Sequence record: NC_070871.1
Source of the DNA: Escherichia phage PGN829.1
DNA length: 64,000 nt
Strand: one strand, 5' to 3'
Shown here: positions 10,011 through 19,012 of the stretch, one piece after another
How the letters are laid out: the number at the start of each line of letters is the position of its first letter
Position numbering within the stretch: position 1 is the stretch's first letter
The notes under the pieces: model-generated
The model's database searches: none
Seen by the model: the letters and a program-made list of their open reading frames with translations, nothing else
What the model was told of the DNA's origin: nothing
Position numbers and translations under genes: made by a program

Positions 10011-11063
10011 TTATCCGTGAATGTAGCGAGAGATATTAGCAGCAGCCTTACGCCATTCAGGAGTAGCCTGAAGTTCTGGCAATGCTCTGCCTACTGTACG
10101 GAAGTACAGAATCTTATGGGTGAACGTTTTAAAGCGTTCAATGTACTGAAGAACATCAGCGAAGTTTTCTTCAGTAGTTTTGTTAGCCAGGTGGTTAACA
10201 GTAGCCCAACACAGGTTGTTATCTTCCGGTAGTGCACAGCCCAGAGGGTCTTTGACTACTTTCTCAATCGTAATCATACGATTGTATACCTGAGTGAATT
10301 GAACAAACTCTGTAGCCTTACCGGCAGTAACATGTCCTGCGTAGTAGATAGAATCTTCATCTGGCAGAGCACCTTCAGGACGGTTCTTGAGGTCTTTGTT
10401 AACAAAGTCCCAGGTGCGTGGGCAACAGAACGTTTTGTTCTTATGGGCTGGGTCGAAGTCATGCAGATAACCTGGGTTAGCATGTAAGAATGCAACCAGA
10501 CGTTCATCCCATTCTTGTGGAATCATTACATCTTCAACAAAGATGTCGAAGTTAAGTTCCATTTCGAAGTGAACCACGCGAGACTGCATTGCAGTGCCCA
10601 GTGGGTTAACAATGGCACGGTCAGTAGCTTTGTTACCAGCACATATAATCATCACATTAGGATGGAGTTTTTTCTGACCAGTCATACGGTCCAGAATCAG
10701 TTTGTATGCAGCAGCTACTACTTCTTTTCTGGCTGAGTTGAACTCATCAAGGAACAGGAGCCAACCATTATATCCTTCCGGTATCTCATCCCCCTCAATA
10801 GGGAATAAGTCAGCGAATGGGATAAACTCTGCACGGTCACCATTACGGAATGGTAGACCAGACAAATCCTCTGGGGCAGAAGTAGACAGACGATGGTCTA
10901 TCAGTTTCATACCAAATTCTTCTGCAACAGAGCGAATAATTGCAGATTTACCCATGCCTGGTGATGAAGTCAGGAATGGTACGTTACCTGCTTGCAAGGC
11001 ACGAATAATAAAGTTACGGGCCTGACGTGTATTACATACGGTCAGTGAGTCAATGCTCGCCAT
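10011..11063 (-). CDS. AAA+ ATPase, MoxR-like
   Basis: 350 aa; Walker A SSPGMGKS, Walker B LLFLDEFN. Confidence 0.6.
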   Translation of the reverse strand: MASIDSLTVCNTRQARNFIIRALQAGNVPFLTSSPGMGKSAIIRSVAEEFGMKLIDHRLSTSAPEDLSGLPFRNGDRAEFIPFADLFPIEGDEIPEGYNGWLLFLDEFNSARKEVVAAAYKLILDRMTGQKKLHPNVMIICAGNKATDRAIVNPLGTAMQSRVVHFEMELNFDIFVEDVMIPQEWDERLVAFLHANPGYLHDFDPAHKNKTFCCPRTWDFVNKDLKNRPEGALPDEDSIYYAGHVTAGKATEFVQFTQVYNRMITIEKVVKDPLGCALPEDNNLCWATVNHLANKTTEENFADVLQYIERFKTFTHKILYFRTVGRALPELQATPEWRKAAANISRYIHG

Positions 11064-11097
11064 TTACTTACTCTCCTAAAGTTAATGGAATTACTAA

Positions 11098-11424
11098 TTA
11101 AGATTTGATACATGGGTATGCTGTATCAATAGCTAACAGAACCACGTCTGATGGCACTTTTACTGCATTAACCTTTCGGTCGTACAGAATAATAGTGGCT
11201 ACTCTGTCAAATATGGCTCCTAACTTCATATTCTCCGGTACACAATTATTTCCTGCCTCTACACCCATAGTAACCATGCCCATGAAGTAACCCTGGTTCA
11301 CAAAGTTTGCATTATTGGCTTTGTAGTCGGCAGCAGCGTCTAACAGAGTTTCACGGCTGGATGCTTGAGCATTGAATGACAGAACTGATAAAGCTACTAC
11401 AGCAACAGCAATTAAAGTTTTCAT
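11098..11424 (-). CDS. secreted/periplasmic protein (signal peptide)
   Basis: 108 aa; N-terminal MKTLIAVAVVALSVLSFNAQA signal-peptide-like segment. Confidence 0.4.
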   Translation of the reverse strand: MKTLIAVAVVALSVLSFNAQASSRETLLDAAADYKANNANFVNQGYFMGMVTMGVEAGNNCVPENMKLGAIFDRVATIILYDRKVNAVKVPSDVVLLAIDTAYPCIKS

Positions 11425-11610
11425 TTAGTTACCTTTTAACTCGTTGAGTTGAAGTACTCCGGTAGGGGTTAATGACCACCCAAGACCAGCATTAAACTGT
11501 ACTAAGCCCAGTTTCTTAAGAGACTGTGCGGTTTTATTATTACGGTTGCTGGTGGCAGAACCACCTTGAACCATGCGAAGGAAGATTGCTTGGGACTGTG
11601 TTAATTTCAA
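11425..11610 (-). CDS. hypothetical protein
   Basis: 61-aa ORF, start overlaps neighbour (coupled). Confidence 0.3.
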   Translation of the reverse strand: MKLTQSQAIFLRMVQGGSATSNRNNKTAQSLKKLGLVQFNAGLGWSLTPTGVLQLNELKGN

Positions 11611-11816
11611 AGGTAATATCCTTCCAGGTTTATTGGAGTTACAAATGTACTTGCTGATAGATAGAATGTTTTACCAGTCTCTACAGCAACAGCAGCAGGT
11701 TTACCATCGGGTAAGAGAACTTTTAGGCACACCGTCTGCATATAAATAAAACCATTGGCAGGTTGTACATCACCAAAAGTTACCTCATTGTTTCCAGAAC
11801 GATTTGTTACTTTCAC
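11607..11816 (-). CDS. hypothetical protein
   Basis: 69-aa ORF, 4-nt overlaps both sides. Confidence 0.3.
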   Translation of the reverse strand: MKVTNRSGNNEVTFGDVQPANGFIYMQTVCLKVLLPDGKPAAVAVETGKTFYLSASTFVTPINLEGYYL

Positions 11817-12073
11817 TCATCTTCTCCTTCATCTGGGAGTGGTGATAAATCTACACATAAATGCTCAAAGCGTTTTTCTAAGACAGCAATTCTCTTTTGA
11901 TAAAATGACAGCAGTTCAGGAAGTATTCTTGTACGAGCTTGCGGTCCTAAATCCGTACCATTGAATGATACTTTCACCATATGAGGTGACTTCTTCAAAC
12001 TAGCTAATTGCTGTCGGTTGTCGTTGTATTCTTCATACAATTTCTTAACCAAACGTAGATTGTGGATATTCAT
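11813..12073 (-). CDS. hypothetical protein
   Basis: 86-aa ORF, coupled. Confidence 0.3.
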   Translation of the reverse strand: MNIHNLRLVKKLYEEYNDNRQQLASLKKSPHMVKVSFNGTDLGPQARTRILPELLSFYQKRIAVLEKRFEHLCVDLSPLPDEGEDE

Positions 12074-12258
12074 TTTTTCTCCGGTACGAACTGCATTACA
12101 CAGTTTTGATTACGAGGGATATTCAATTCACATTCATGCTTGAGGGTTTGCGTTACAGAATTTGGAGTAGAACCAAAGTAGGTATTCGAAATAGCTACAA
12201 ATCCTGCACCTATCAAACCACCCAGTAAGAATGAGAAGAATGCAATCTCTTTATACAT
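12070..12258 (-). CDS. small membrane protein
   Basis: 62 aa with one hydrophobic helix (FFSFLLGGLIGAGFVAI). Confidence 0.3.
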   Translation of the reverse strand: MYKEIAFFSFLLGGLIGAGFVAISNTYFGSTPNSVTQTLKHECELNIPRNQNCVMQFVPEKK

Positions 12259-12283
12259 TTCCTGGCTCCAGAATGTTTAAGTC

Positions 12284-12313
12284 AAAAAAAGACCTCCCTT
12301 CAATAGGGAGGTC
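12284..12313 (-). terminator. intrinsic terminator (minus strand)
   Basis: 8-bp stem GACCTCCC/GGGAGGTC, 7-nt loop, then T7 run on minus strand; downstream of the stop at 12363. Confidence 0.55.
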
Positions 12314-12362
12314 AATAGATATCAAAGGAATGTCATGGGTTTTATTAACCCAAATAAAGCAA

Positions 12363-12677
12363 TCAGGATTGCGTAGCAAGCCAATCCAGATATTCTTCTG
12401 GGTCATCGAAGTATTCATTACCATCTTCATAGAACCAGTCAACCCAACGGTCTTCTAGTTCCATATCGACTAGGTCTTGGTCAGTGAGGGACTCATCCCA
12501 CATCTCAATACCGTTAGCATTAGCATAATCGCCTTTGACATTGTTCTCATACTGAAATAGGTCATAGTCTGCTAATGCATTCTTAATCTTAACAGCTTCC
12601 TGAAGACTGTCTGTTTCTACATGAAATGCCTTCATTGGCACTTGAGGAATGTGCCATACACGTAATTTTTGCGTCAT
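12363..12677 (-). CDS. acidic hypothetical protein
   Basis: 104 aa, strongly acidic C-terminal half. Confidence 0.35.
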   Translation of the reverse strand: MTQKLRVWHIPQVPMKAFHVETDSLQEAVKIKNALADYDLFQYENNVKGDYANANGIEMWDESLTDQDLVDMELEDRWVDWFYEDGNEYFDDPEEYLDWLATQS

Positions 12678-12685
12678 TTTTACTC

Positions 12686-12714
12686 TCCTATAAATACAAG
12701 AAAGCCCTCACAAG
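12686..12714 (-). terminator. intrinsic terminator (minus strand), moderate
   Basis: Stem AGCCCTC/GAGGGCT followed on minus strand by TTCTTGTATTTAT; downstream of the stop at 12743. Confidence 0.4.
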
Positions 12715-12742
12715 GAGGGCTATAACCAAATAAAGGCTACTC

Positions 12743-13576
12743 TTATTCTGCAACAGTAATAGCGATGGTTACATCGACCTTACCGTTGGTAACTACTACA
12801 GAAGTAGCTTCACCAGCAGCTACAGGTTTAACTGTTAGTACGTTACCAGCAATGGTAGCTGTAGCACGGGCAGAATCTGGAGCAGTCTTAATAGACAAAG
12901 TACCAGCAGATGAACCAACAGGCATGTTAGTAATGGTTACAGTCTTACCGGCAGCAGTATCAGCAGCAACAGACAGAGCCAGTGAATCAGGAGTAGCCAC
13001 CAGTGAGCTTGCTTCGTAATAACCTACAGCCAGCAGCGACTCATCTTCTACAGTGGTTCCATTAGCATCAGTAACAATCACTTTATAAGTACCAGCAGAA
13101 GCAGCGGTTACGTTATTAAGGGTTAATGTTGCAGTAGCAGCAGATGCGTTATCACCAGAATCAATATCAGTGAATACTGCACCAGTAGTATCAGCTTTGA
13201 ATTGCCATTTATAAGTAAATGGTGCTTTACCACCTGCTACATCAACATGCCAGTTAATGACTTCACCTTCGATAGCGGAGACTACACGAGGCAGCTTAGT
13301 AGCAATAGTCAGTCGTGGAGTAGCTTGCATATCAATAGAGATGGACTGCATATCTACGATGTTGTTAGGCCAGAAGCCTTCTTCAGATGGGTCTTTAGCA
13401 GAACGTTTATACAGCAGATCACGAACACCATGAAAAATAACTAAACTATCCGGGTAAGTGGCATCAGGATGTACAAAAGTACCTACTTCTACTGAACCAC
13501 CCGGGATAGAACCACTCGCATCCAGTACAGTTGCGACATTGGTGGTTTTGTTAAAACCTACTTTTAAAGTTGGCAT
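12743..13576 (-). CDS. Ig-like domain protein, putative capsid decoration protein (N4 gp17-like by position after RNAP II genes)
   Basis: ORF trimmed to in-frame ATG at 13574-13576 (MPTLKVGFNK...); Thr/Ala/Val-rich beta-strand repeats typical of Ig-like (Big_2-type) domains. Confidence 0.45.
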   Translation of the reverse strand: MPTLKVGFNKTTNVATVLDASGSIPGGSVEVGTFVHPDATYPDSLVIFHGVRDLLYKRSAKDPSEEGFWPNNIVDMQSISIDMQATPRLTIATKLPRVVSAIEGEVINWHVDVAGGKAPFTYKWQFKADTTGAVFTDIDSGDNASAATATLTLNNVTAASAGTYKVIVTDANGTTVEDESLLAVGYYEASSLVATPDSLALSVAADTAAGKTVTITNMPVGSSAGTLSIKTAPDSARATATIAGNVLTVKPVAAGEATSVVVTNGKVDVTIAITVAE

Positions 13577-13621
13577 ATGAATTTCCTCATAAGTAAATAG
13601 CAAGATTAGTATACATGACAT

Positions 13622-13652
13622 ATAAAAAAATAAACCCTCTGTTAAGAGGGTT
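13622..13652 (-). terminator. intrinsic terminator (minus strand)
   Basis: Stem AACCCTC/GAGGGTT then T-rich tract (TATTTTTTTAT) on minus strand. Confidence 0.45.
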
Positions 13653-13848
13653 AGTTGTTTACACAGTAGATAGCAAAAGCTATCCATCCTGCTATTACAA
13701 AGCATCCAAGTGAGTATGCTCCATAATAGTAGTAAGCAAACTTAGACTTGTGGGCACGGACTATTGTAGACAGAACCAGTACAGATAAAACTATCAGTAT
13801 TAGCTGAAAGATTACTTCAAAAGGGATTAGCATAGTTGTTACCTCCAA
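13651..13848 (-). CDS. small membrane protein
   Basis: 65 aa, two hydrophobic segments. Confidence 0.3.
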   Translation of the reverse strand: MEVTTMLIPFEVIFQLILIVLSVLVLSTIVRAHKSKFAYYYYGAYSLGCFVIAGWIAFAIYCVNN

Positions 13849-13851
13849 GCA

Positions 13852-13885
13852 AAAAATAAAGCCCCACTCCCGAAGGAATGAGGCT
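13852..13885 (-). terminator. intrinsic terminator (minus strand)
   Basis: 10-bp stem (two G-U wobbles) with CGAA loop, followed by TTTATTTTTT on minus strand; just downstream of the RNAP II gene stop at 13892. Confidence 0.5.
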
Positions 13886-13891
13886 AGTTTA

Positions 13892-15109
13892 TTAACTTAA
13901 TGCATAGTCTGTTTCGAGAATGTCCTGCCAGAGGCTGTCATCCAGCTTACCAGCAGAGAACTCTTGTCCCAGTACCTGAGACAGAATGAATCCCAGTAGG
14001 TCACTCTTAGCAATGTCAGACAGAATCTGGTTGTACTGACGACGTAAGTCATTACCGTAGTTAGGATGGCAACGGAAGCAGTCATGTACAGTCATTACAG
14101 GGAATGGTTTCTTAGGCATAGTATTGAGCATAGCCATGATTACATCTGTATCAACCAATGCAATCGTTTCTGAGTCCAGATAGTCAAAGATACGGGTAGA
14201 CAGGAAGCCAGACTTCTCATAACTAGTCCACAGTGTATTAACCATTTCATAGTTATCATCAGAACCTACCATGTAGTCACCAGTTCCTTCACAGAGGGAC
14301 TTAATATAGTTCACCTGGTTCATATCGAAGTTACAACGACGTAGCATCTCACGTACCACCATTCCATCAATAGAGTGGGTGATGTTAGCAGAGAGCATAC
14401 GGGTCTTCTCTTCAGTACCCTGAACCATACGAGTGATGTCAAATGGCTTACCTAAGAAGTTAACAGTCTGTACTTCTGGAACCATGACCTTAATGACAGC
14501 ATGGAAGTTGTCAGGTAATACCCATACGTAACGATTAGCATCCGGGTTACCACATTGCAGTAAGAACTTGTTAAGTGCCCAAGGACCACTTGCAACTGTT
14601 TCCATTACATTTTCAAAAGTCTTGAGACGGATACCATCCCCGAATACTTCTTTAGGTTTGGCTTCTGAACCGTAGAATGCAGTCATAACTGCCTGCTTGG
14701 TATCACTACGTTTAATACGGGATGCTTCCCCAAGGATGTCCAGCATCTTGTGATAGATAACTGTATAGGCATCACGACGTAATGGCTTACCATTCTCTCC
14801 CATGTAGTTAACTACGTTACACAGTTCAGCAGCAGAACGGTCACCAGTCAGGCAGGCCAGTAACTGCAAGCCTGATGATGTAGCATCCAGGGCTACGGCA
14901 TATCCGATAGGCTTACCAGCTTTCATATCTTTCCATGCGTTTATGCCAGCATAGAATAGTGCAGATTCTTCAGCTTCATCTACCAGATTAAGCAGGTTAG
15001 CTTCGTTCTCATCGAACCAAGCAATACGCTCATCCCAGGTCTTTTTATCCAGTCCGTAAGAATTCGCAATATCAATTTTTAAATACTCTTTCGGTGTGAA
15101 AATCTGCAT
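13892..15109 (-). CDS. phage RNA polymerase II large subunit (T7-like single-subunit RNAP C-terminal half; N4 gp16-like)
   Basis: 405 aa; DATSSGLQ resembles T7 RNAP motif A (DGSCSGIQ) and HDCF resembles motif C (HDSF); size matches N4 p4B. Confidence 0.75.
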   Translation of the reverse strand: MQIFTPKEYLKIDIANSYGLDKKTWDERIAWFDENEANLLNLVDEAEESALFYAGINAWKDMKAGKPIGYAVALDATSSGLQLLACLTGDRSAAELCNVVNYMGENGKPLRRDAYTVIYHKMLDILGEASRIKRSDTKQAVMTAFYGSEAKPKEVFGDGIRLKTFENVMETVASGPWALNKFLLQCGNPDANRYVWVLPDNFHAVIKVMVPEVQTVNFLGKPFDITRMVQGTEEKTRMLSANITHSIDGMVVREMLRRCNFDMNQVNYIKSLCEGTGDYMVGSDDNYEMVNTLWTSYEKSGFLSTRIFDYLDSETIALVDTDVIMAMLNTMPKKPFPVMTVHDCFRCHPNYGNDLRRQYNQILSDIAKSDLLGFILSQVLGQEFSAGKLDDSLWQDILETDYALS

Positions 15110-15110
15110 C

Positions 15111-15704
15111 TTAGGCTCCTAGTTTCCACTTATATCCGTATGCTTGTGCATACGTACCATTAATTACTTTATTAATATTAGAAGGTATACCATTAACACT
15201 TCGTGCAGCAGCACTGAGTGAATGGAACGTCTTAATGTATTCACCATCTAGTGAGTACTGCTCAACAGGTTTAGCTGATTTAGTATTGATGCCCTTGATT
15301 GCGTCGGAGTAGTACCTCTTTACGTTGGTATTAGCTGTAACAATGCGAATGTTATCCAGGGAGTAACCTTTGTAATCATCCAGTCTGTCTAAGCTAGGCT
15401 TCAAGGCAGTTGGGTAATTTTCCAATACCCACTCGTCATACAATGTGTGAAATTCTTTTCTTGAGTATACCCATTTCTCTAGCTCCTCCTTAGTGAAGGA
15501 TACAGGAGTAAATCCTTTCTTCTTGGTTCTACTAATACAGCCGGAGTACATTTGATTAATGACTCCGTGTTTTGAGCGTATAAAGCGTTTAAGGCAGTCT
15601 TTACAGTCTGCCCTTACACCTTGCTTACCTGTGGACTGTTTATTGAACATGTCCAGAGGCAAGTTCTGCTTACATACTGAACATGTCTTCATACTAATCC
15701 TCAT
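15111..15704 (-). CDS. homing-endonuclease-like protein (zinc finger + HNH-like region + NUMOD-like C-terminal DNA-binding motif)
   Basis: 197 aa; CxxC...CxxC near N-terminus; LDRLDDYKGYSLDNIRIVTANTN (HNH-like); C-terminal VEQYSLDGEYIKTFHSLSAAARSVNG...AYGYKW (NUMOD1-like). Inserted between the two RNAP II subunit genes. Confidence 0.5.
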   Translation of the reverse strand: MRISMKTCSVCKQNLPLDMFNKQSTGKQGVRADCKDCLKRFIRSKHGVINQMYSGCISRTKKKGFTPVSFTKEELEKWVYSRKEFHTLYDEWVLENYPTALKPSLDRLDDYKGYSLDNIRIVTANTNVKRYYSDAIKGINTKSAKPVEQYSLDGEYIKTFHSLSAAARSVNGIPSNINKVINGTYAQAYGYKWKLGA

Positions 15705-16512
15705 TTACTAGTTCTTTGTCTGCAAATTCGATAACAGCTTTGTTATAGGAAGTACCTGCATAATTAATATGGTAACCACAGGCATATGTACGCCCTCGTT
15801 TGTCATATTTGTGAGCCAAGGAGAAGTTATTACCTTCTTTGGTCACTAACTCCATTACTTCCTTAGCAGTACGGCTGTACTTCTCAAAGGCTTTAACACG
15901 TTTCTCATAGTCCTGACGGGTTTCGCCTTCTTTGGGCTTATCCATATTAGGACGAGAGTCTTTTACATAGTTAGCAACGTCCCAGTTGATACTTAGTCGT
16001 TGATTATTCATACGGTTGATATGGTCAAGACAGACATCCATCTCATGATGGTTCTTCTTGAGGATGATACTTCCCCTGCTCTCGTAGTAACCTGTATCAC
16101 GGTTACACAGAACAGGCTTAGGAGCACTTACGATAGGTAATGGATACTGGAATGCTTCCAGTTCCATCTGAACATCTTCACTAATCTCATAGATAACACC
16201 GAACTTGTCGATGGTGGGGTCATAGTTGAAGCAGTCATTCTCTGCCATCTTATACAGACAGTCAGCAATGTACTGAGCATCATCTGAATGGCTCATGAGA
16301 GAGCCAATCATAGTCTGAATGTCAGCACGTTTATGTAGGGCAATCTGCACCATTGCATCAATGAGCAGCTTATAATCAATTTCCAAATAGGCAGCGAATG
16401 CCTTAAAGTCAATTTCTTCGGAGTCCTCAAATTCCTTCCTCATGCGAGGCAAGAGCTGATTTTTATTGAATAGTTTTTCGAGTTGCTTCTGATGTTCAAT
16501 GGATGAGTACAT
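15694..16512 (-). CDS. phage RNA polymerase II small subunit (T7-like RNAP N-terminal part; N4 gp15-like)
   Basis: 272 aa (N4 p4A about 269 aa); DKRGRTYACGY resembles the T7 RNAP DxRGRxY region; directly upstream of large subunit apart from the endonuclease insertion. Confidence 0.6.
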   Translation of the reverse strand: MYSSIEHQKQLEKLFNKNQLLPRMRKEFEDSEEIDFKAFAAYLEIDYKLLIDAMVQIALHKRADIQTMIGSLMSHSDDAQYIADCLYKMAENDCFNYDPTIDKFGVIYEISEDVQMELEAFQYPLPIVSAPKPVLCNRDTGYYESRGSIILKKNHHEMDVCLDHINRMNNQRLSINWDVANYVKDSRPNMDKPKEGETRQDYEKRVKAFEKYSRTAKEVMELVTKEGNNFSLAHKYDKRGRTYACGYHINYAGTSYNKAVIEFADKELVNED

Positions 16513-16565
16513 CGCTTATTCTCCTAAATATTATTAATAACCAAAAGCTGCGGAGCAGCTATTAC

Positions 16566-16946
16566 CTAAAAGGTTCCCCAGTAGATATAGCCATCTCCTA
16601 GAATAGGCTTCCAGGCTTCGTCAAACATGACATTGCCTGTAGCATTAGCAAACATAGGAGCAATGTCCTCGTCCTTATACCCAGCTAACCCACAACCAAT
16701 GCGTGTTACTTTAAAGTCCCACTCTGGGTGTGCAGCTGCATATAGGATGAATGCATCTATGAATACTTTGATGTCATCCAGTTTCATAGACTTGATACGT
16801 TGATCTTTGGTTGGGATTGCATAGCTGCAACCATAATGGCCTACTCCCATACCCCAACGAGCACCGTGCTTCTTATATGCAACCTTTGCTGCACCAGCAC
16901 CATGACGGCCTGCTAAATTACTTCCGAATACAAAGATCTCTTTCAC
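16566..16946 (-). CDS. conserved phage protein (GSN-x2-G-x-HG-x-GAA motif family), function unknown
   Basis: 126 aa; FVFGSNLAGRHGAGAA...SYAIPTKD...IGCGLAG motif string recalled from many phage genomes. Confidence 0.4.
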   Translation of the reverse strand: MKEIFVFGSNLAGRHGAGAAKVAYKKHGARWGMGVGHYGCSYAIPTKDQRIKSMKLDDIKVFIDAFILYAAAHPEWDFKVTRIGCGLAGYKDEDIAPMFANATGNVMFDEAWKPILGDGYIYWGTF

Positions 16947-17125
16947 ACTAACCCCCTTACTTCTTTATAGAATTTAATAGCATCTTCCTGAGATTTAGGC
17001 TTAACCTCATAAACACAGTCAAGAGCTTGCTCATGGTCACGCTGTTCCTTCTTGGTTCGGCAATGACCACATTTACCATCCCATTGGGATACATAGCCTT
17101 TACCACATTTGCATTGTTGGTTCAT
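16943..17125 (-). CDS. small zinc-ribbon protein
   Basis: 60 aa; CKCGKG...CGHC cysteine pairs. Confidence 0.3.
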   Translation of the reverse strand: MNQQCKCGKGYVSQWDGKCGHCRTKKEQRDHEQALDCVYEVKPKSQEDAIKFYKEVRGLV

Positions 17126-17385
17126 TTAAAAGTACTCCATGGTATGGATTCTAGGTAATTAATTTTATAAATAATCTTACTTCTTATTTCTCCTCCAACA
17201 TCTTGTACATGAATTAGGTTTAACCTTTGTGCTTGGGTTATAGTAGCTGCGAGAGTTCTTCCCATAATATTTGATATTTCTATAAAAGATTTATCAGCTT
17301 CTACTAATAACTTTAAGTCAGTATTGTCTACATTGTTCCACTCTTTGGAATGGTTTTTTGGCTTATCCATTGGGATTCTCCGCAA
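17122..17385 (-). CDS. hypothetical protein
   Basis: 87-aa ORF, coupled overlaps. Confidence 0.3.
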   Translation of the reverse strand: MRRIPMDKPKNHSKEWNNVDNTDLKLLVEADKSFIEISNIMGRTLAATITQAQRLNLIHVQDVGGEIRSKIIYKINYLESIPWSTFK

Positions 17386-17743
17386 AATAGTTATACATAG
17401 CTTTTACGAGCTTCTCTTTAATAACCTCACCATGACATGGTTTCGGATAACAGAAGCACTGTAAGGCTAATCCTTTTTCATCTATTGCTTTATTACCAAG
17501 ACGATTAAGTTCATTCAGTACAACTGGATTCTTTCTCATGATTTGTTCATGAAGCCATACTCGATATTTGGTTATAACCTGTTCTCTTGAACCGTCCTTG
17601 CCAATGACAAATGGATTACCTAATGGTGAGCCACGTCCAATATACTCCCCTGATTTACCATGATGTTTATTAACAATAGTAATTGGACGAGCAGATACAC
17701 CCAGTAAAGCATTGGTGTCATCGCCTAATGTAATAGTCTTCAT
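17363..17743 (-). CDS. DUF4326-like protein
   Basis: 126 aa; YIGRGSPLGNPF and C-x-C-x-P-x-x-CHGEV motifs match recalled DUF4326 signatures. Confidence 0.45.
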   Translation of the reverse strand: MKTITLGDDTNALLGVSARPITIVNKHHGKSGEYIGRGSPLGNPFVIGKDGSREQVITKYRVWLHEQIMRKNPVVLNELNRLGNKAIDEKGLALQCFCYPKPCHGEVIKEKLVKAMYNYFAENPNG

Positions 17744-17746
17744 TCT

Positions 17747-18007
17747 TTATTTACCCTGAATTACTAAGTGAGATTCATATAGGTCAACCTTTGCAGAACT
17801 TACTACAGGAATTATTTCATCTGTCTTACTAATACGCATAGCAGAGCAACCAACCTTCATCCATAAGTAGGTATCAGAATCTTCATTTAGGAATCGAAAT
17901 ACATCACCATTTGCTAAGTCTTGAAATTGAAGCACAGGCATGGGCTTCTTCTTAATTACCTCTACTTTCATACTATTGACCTTTTGTTTTAAGTACCTGG
18001 AAAGCAA
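17747..18007 (-). CDS. hypothetical protein
   Basis: 86-aa ORF. Confidence 0.3.
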   Translation of the reverse strand: MLSRYLKQKVNSMKVEVIKKKPMPVLQFQDLANGDVFRFLNEDSDTYLWMKVGCSAMRISKTDEIIPVVSSAKVDLYESHLVIQGK

Positions 18008-18296
18008 ACACAGGACGTTTACTACGCCATTGGTTCATAGCTAGTTCACTAGTTTCAGAACCATCATGTAAGTCATAGATAAATGAGATTACATAGTCTG
18101 GTTCTTCCGGGAAGTTCTCTGTAGAGAATGGTAGACCAGACTCCTTAAGGATAGGAACTAGTGGAGATTCAGCATTGCAGTAGAGGGTAAACTCTTCATT
18201 GAATGCCTGGCTTGTCTGGGATACATAATCAATATTACGCATCATCTTATCTACATCAGTAAATGTAGAATCATGAACTACTAGAATAGTTTTCAT
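17973..18296 (-). CDS. hypothetical protein
   Basis: 107-aa ORF. Confidence 0.3.
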   Translation of the reverse strand: MKTILVVHDSTFTDVDKMMRNIDYVSQTSQAFNEEFTLYCNAESPLVPILKESGLPFSTENFPEEPDYVISFIYDLHDGSETSELAMNQWRSKRPVFAFQVLKTKGQ

Positions 18297-18547
18297 ACCT
18301 TCCTCAATGTCCCATAGATGTTATTATCGACAATACTCAAATCACAAAAACCAATCTCTTCTTGTCTCCCAGAGGATACCCAGATATTGTTTTCTGTTAA
18401 TTTAGGTTTCTTAGAGAACCCTATTAATGAGGTATTAGCACTTTTATATTGTCGTGACAATAATGCTATATACTTAACCCAGTGAGGCACTTGAATGGTA
18501 TGTTTCATATATTCCACAGTCTTACCTGTAGGATATGTAATAATCAT
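18293..18547 (-). CDS. hypothetical protein
   Basis: 84-aa ORF, 4-nt overlaps. Confidence 0.3.
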   Translation of the reverse strand: MIITYPTGKTVEYMKHTIQVPHWVKYIALLSRQYKSANTSLIGFSKKPKLTENNIWVSSGRQEEIGFCDLSIVDNNIYGTLRKV

Positions 18548-18765
18548 TTTTGATACCCCTGTATATAGTTAATACGACGTATACGTTGAGTAGATGCCTT
18601 AACAGCCATCTGTTGATTTTCTTCTTTATGCTGGTTTTCCAACAGCTTATCCCATTCTTTCTGGTTCCGTTGTTTCTGTAATATACGGCTACAACGCTTA
18701 TGATTAGCAACTCCTTTACGTTTGTTACATACAGGGCAAACACCATAATCAGTTGAGTACATCAT
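18544..18765 (-). CDS. small basic zinc-finger-like protein
   Basis: 73 aa; CPVCNKRKG...HKRC; chosen over the alternative-frame ORF 18522-18746 because it is coupled to both neighbours. Confidence 0.3.
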   Translation of the reverse strand: MMYSTDYGVCPVCNKRKGVANHKRCSRILQKQRNQKEWDKLLENQHKEENQQMAVKASTQRIRRINYIQGYQK

Positions 18766-18766
18766 T

Positions 18767-19012
18767 TTAGTTGAATCCGTAATAGTTAAAGTAAGGAGCC
18801 TTTCTGTCTTCAGTTGATTTGATAATCACTGATTCATCTAGAAAGTACATCTCATTATTAATACGTACTTCTCTGTAAGATAACTTACCAAAGTTACGTA
18901 TATATACCTTTCTAACATATACCTTACGGGTATGCTTTAGCATGAACCAGGCATACCCTTTGGGATTTACTAATATTGTTTTATCTACGATGACATCACT
19001 AAGATTGTTCAC
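18767..19012 (-). CDS. hypothetical protein
   Basis: 81-aa ORF. Confidence 0.3.
   Translation of the reverse strand: MNNLSDVIVDKTILVNPKGYAWFMLKHTRKVYVRKVYIRNFGKLSYREVRINNEMYFLDESVIIKSTEDRKAPYFNYYGFN

Noticed and set aside
18522-18746. Alternative-frame 74-aa ORF overlapping 18544-18765
   Set aside because: Almost wholly overlaps the zinc-finger-like ORF, which is coupled to both neighbours; only one can be real.
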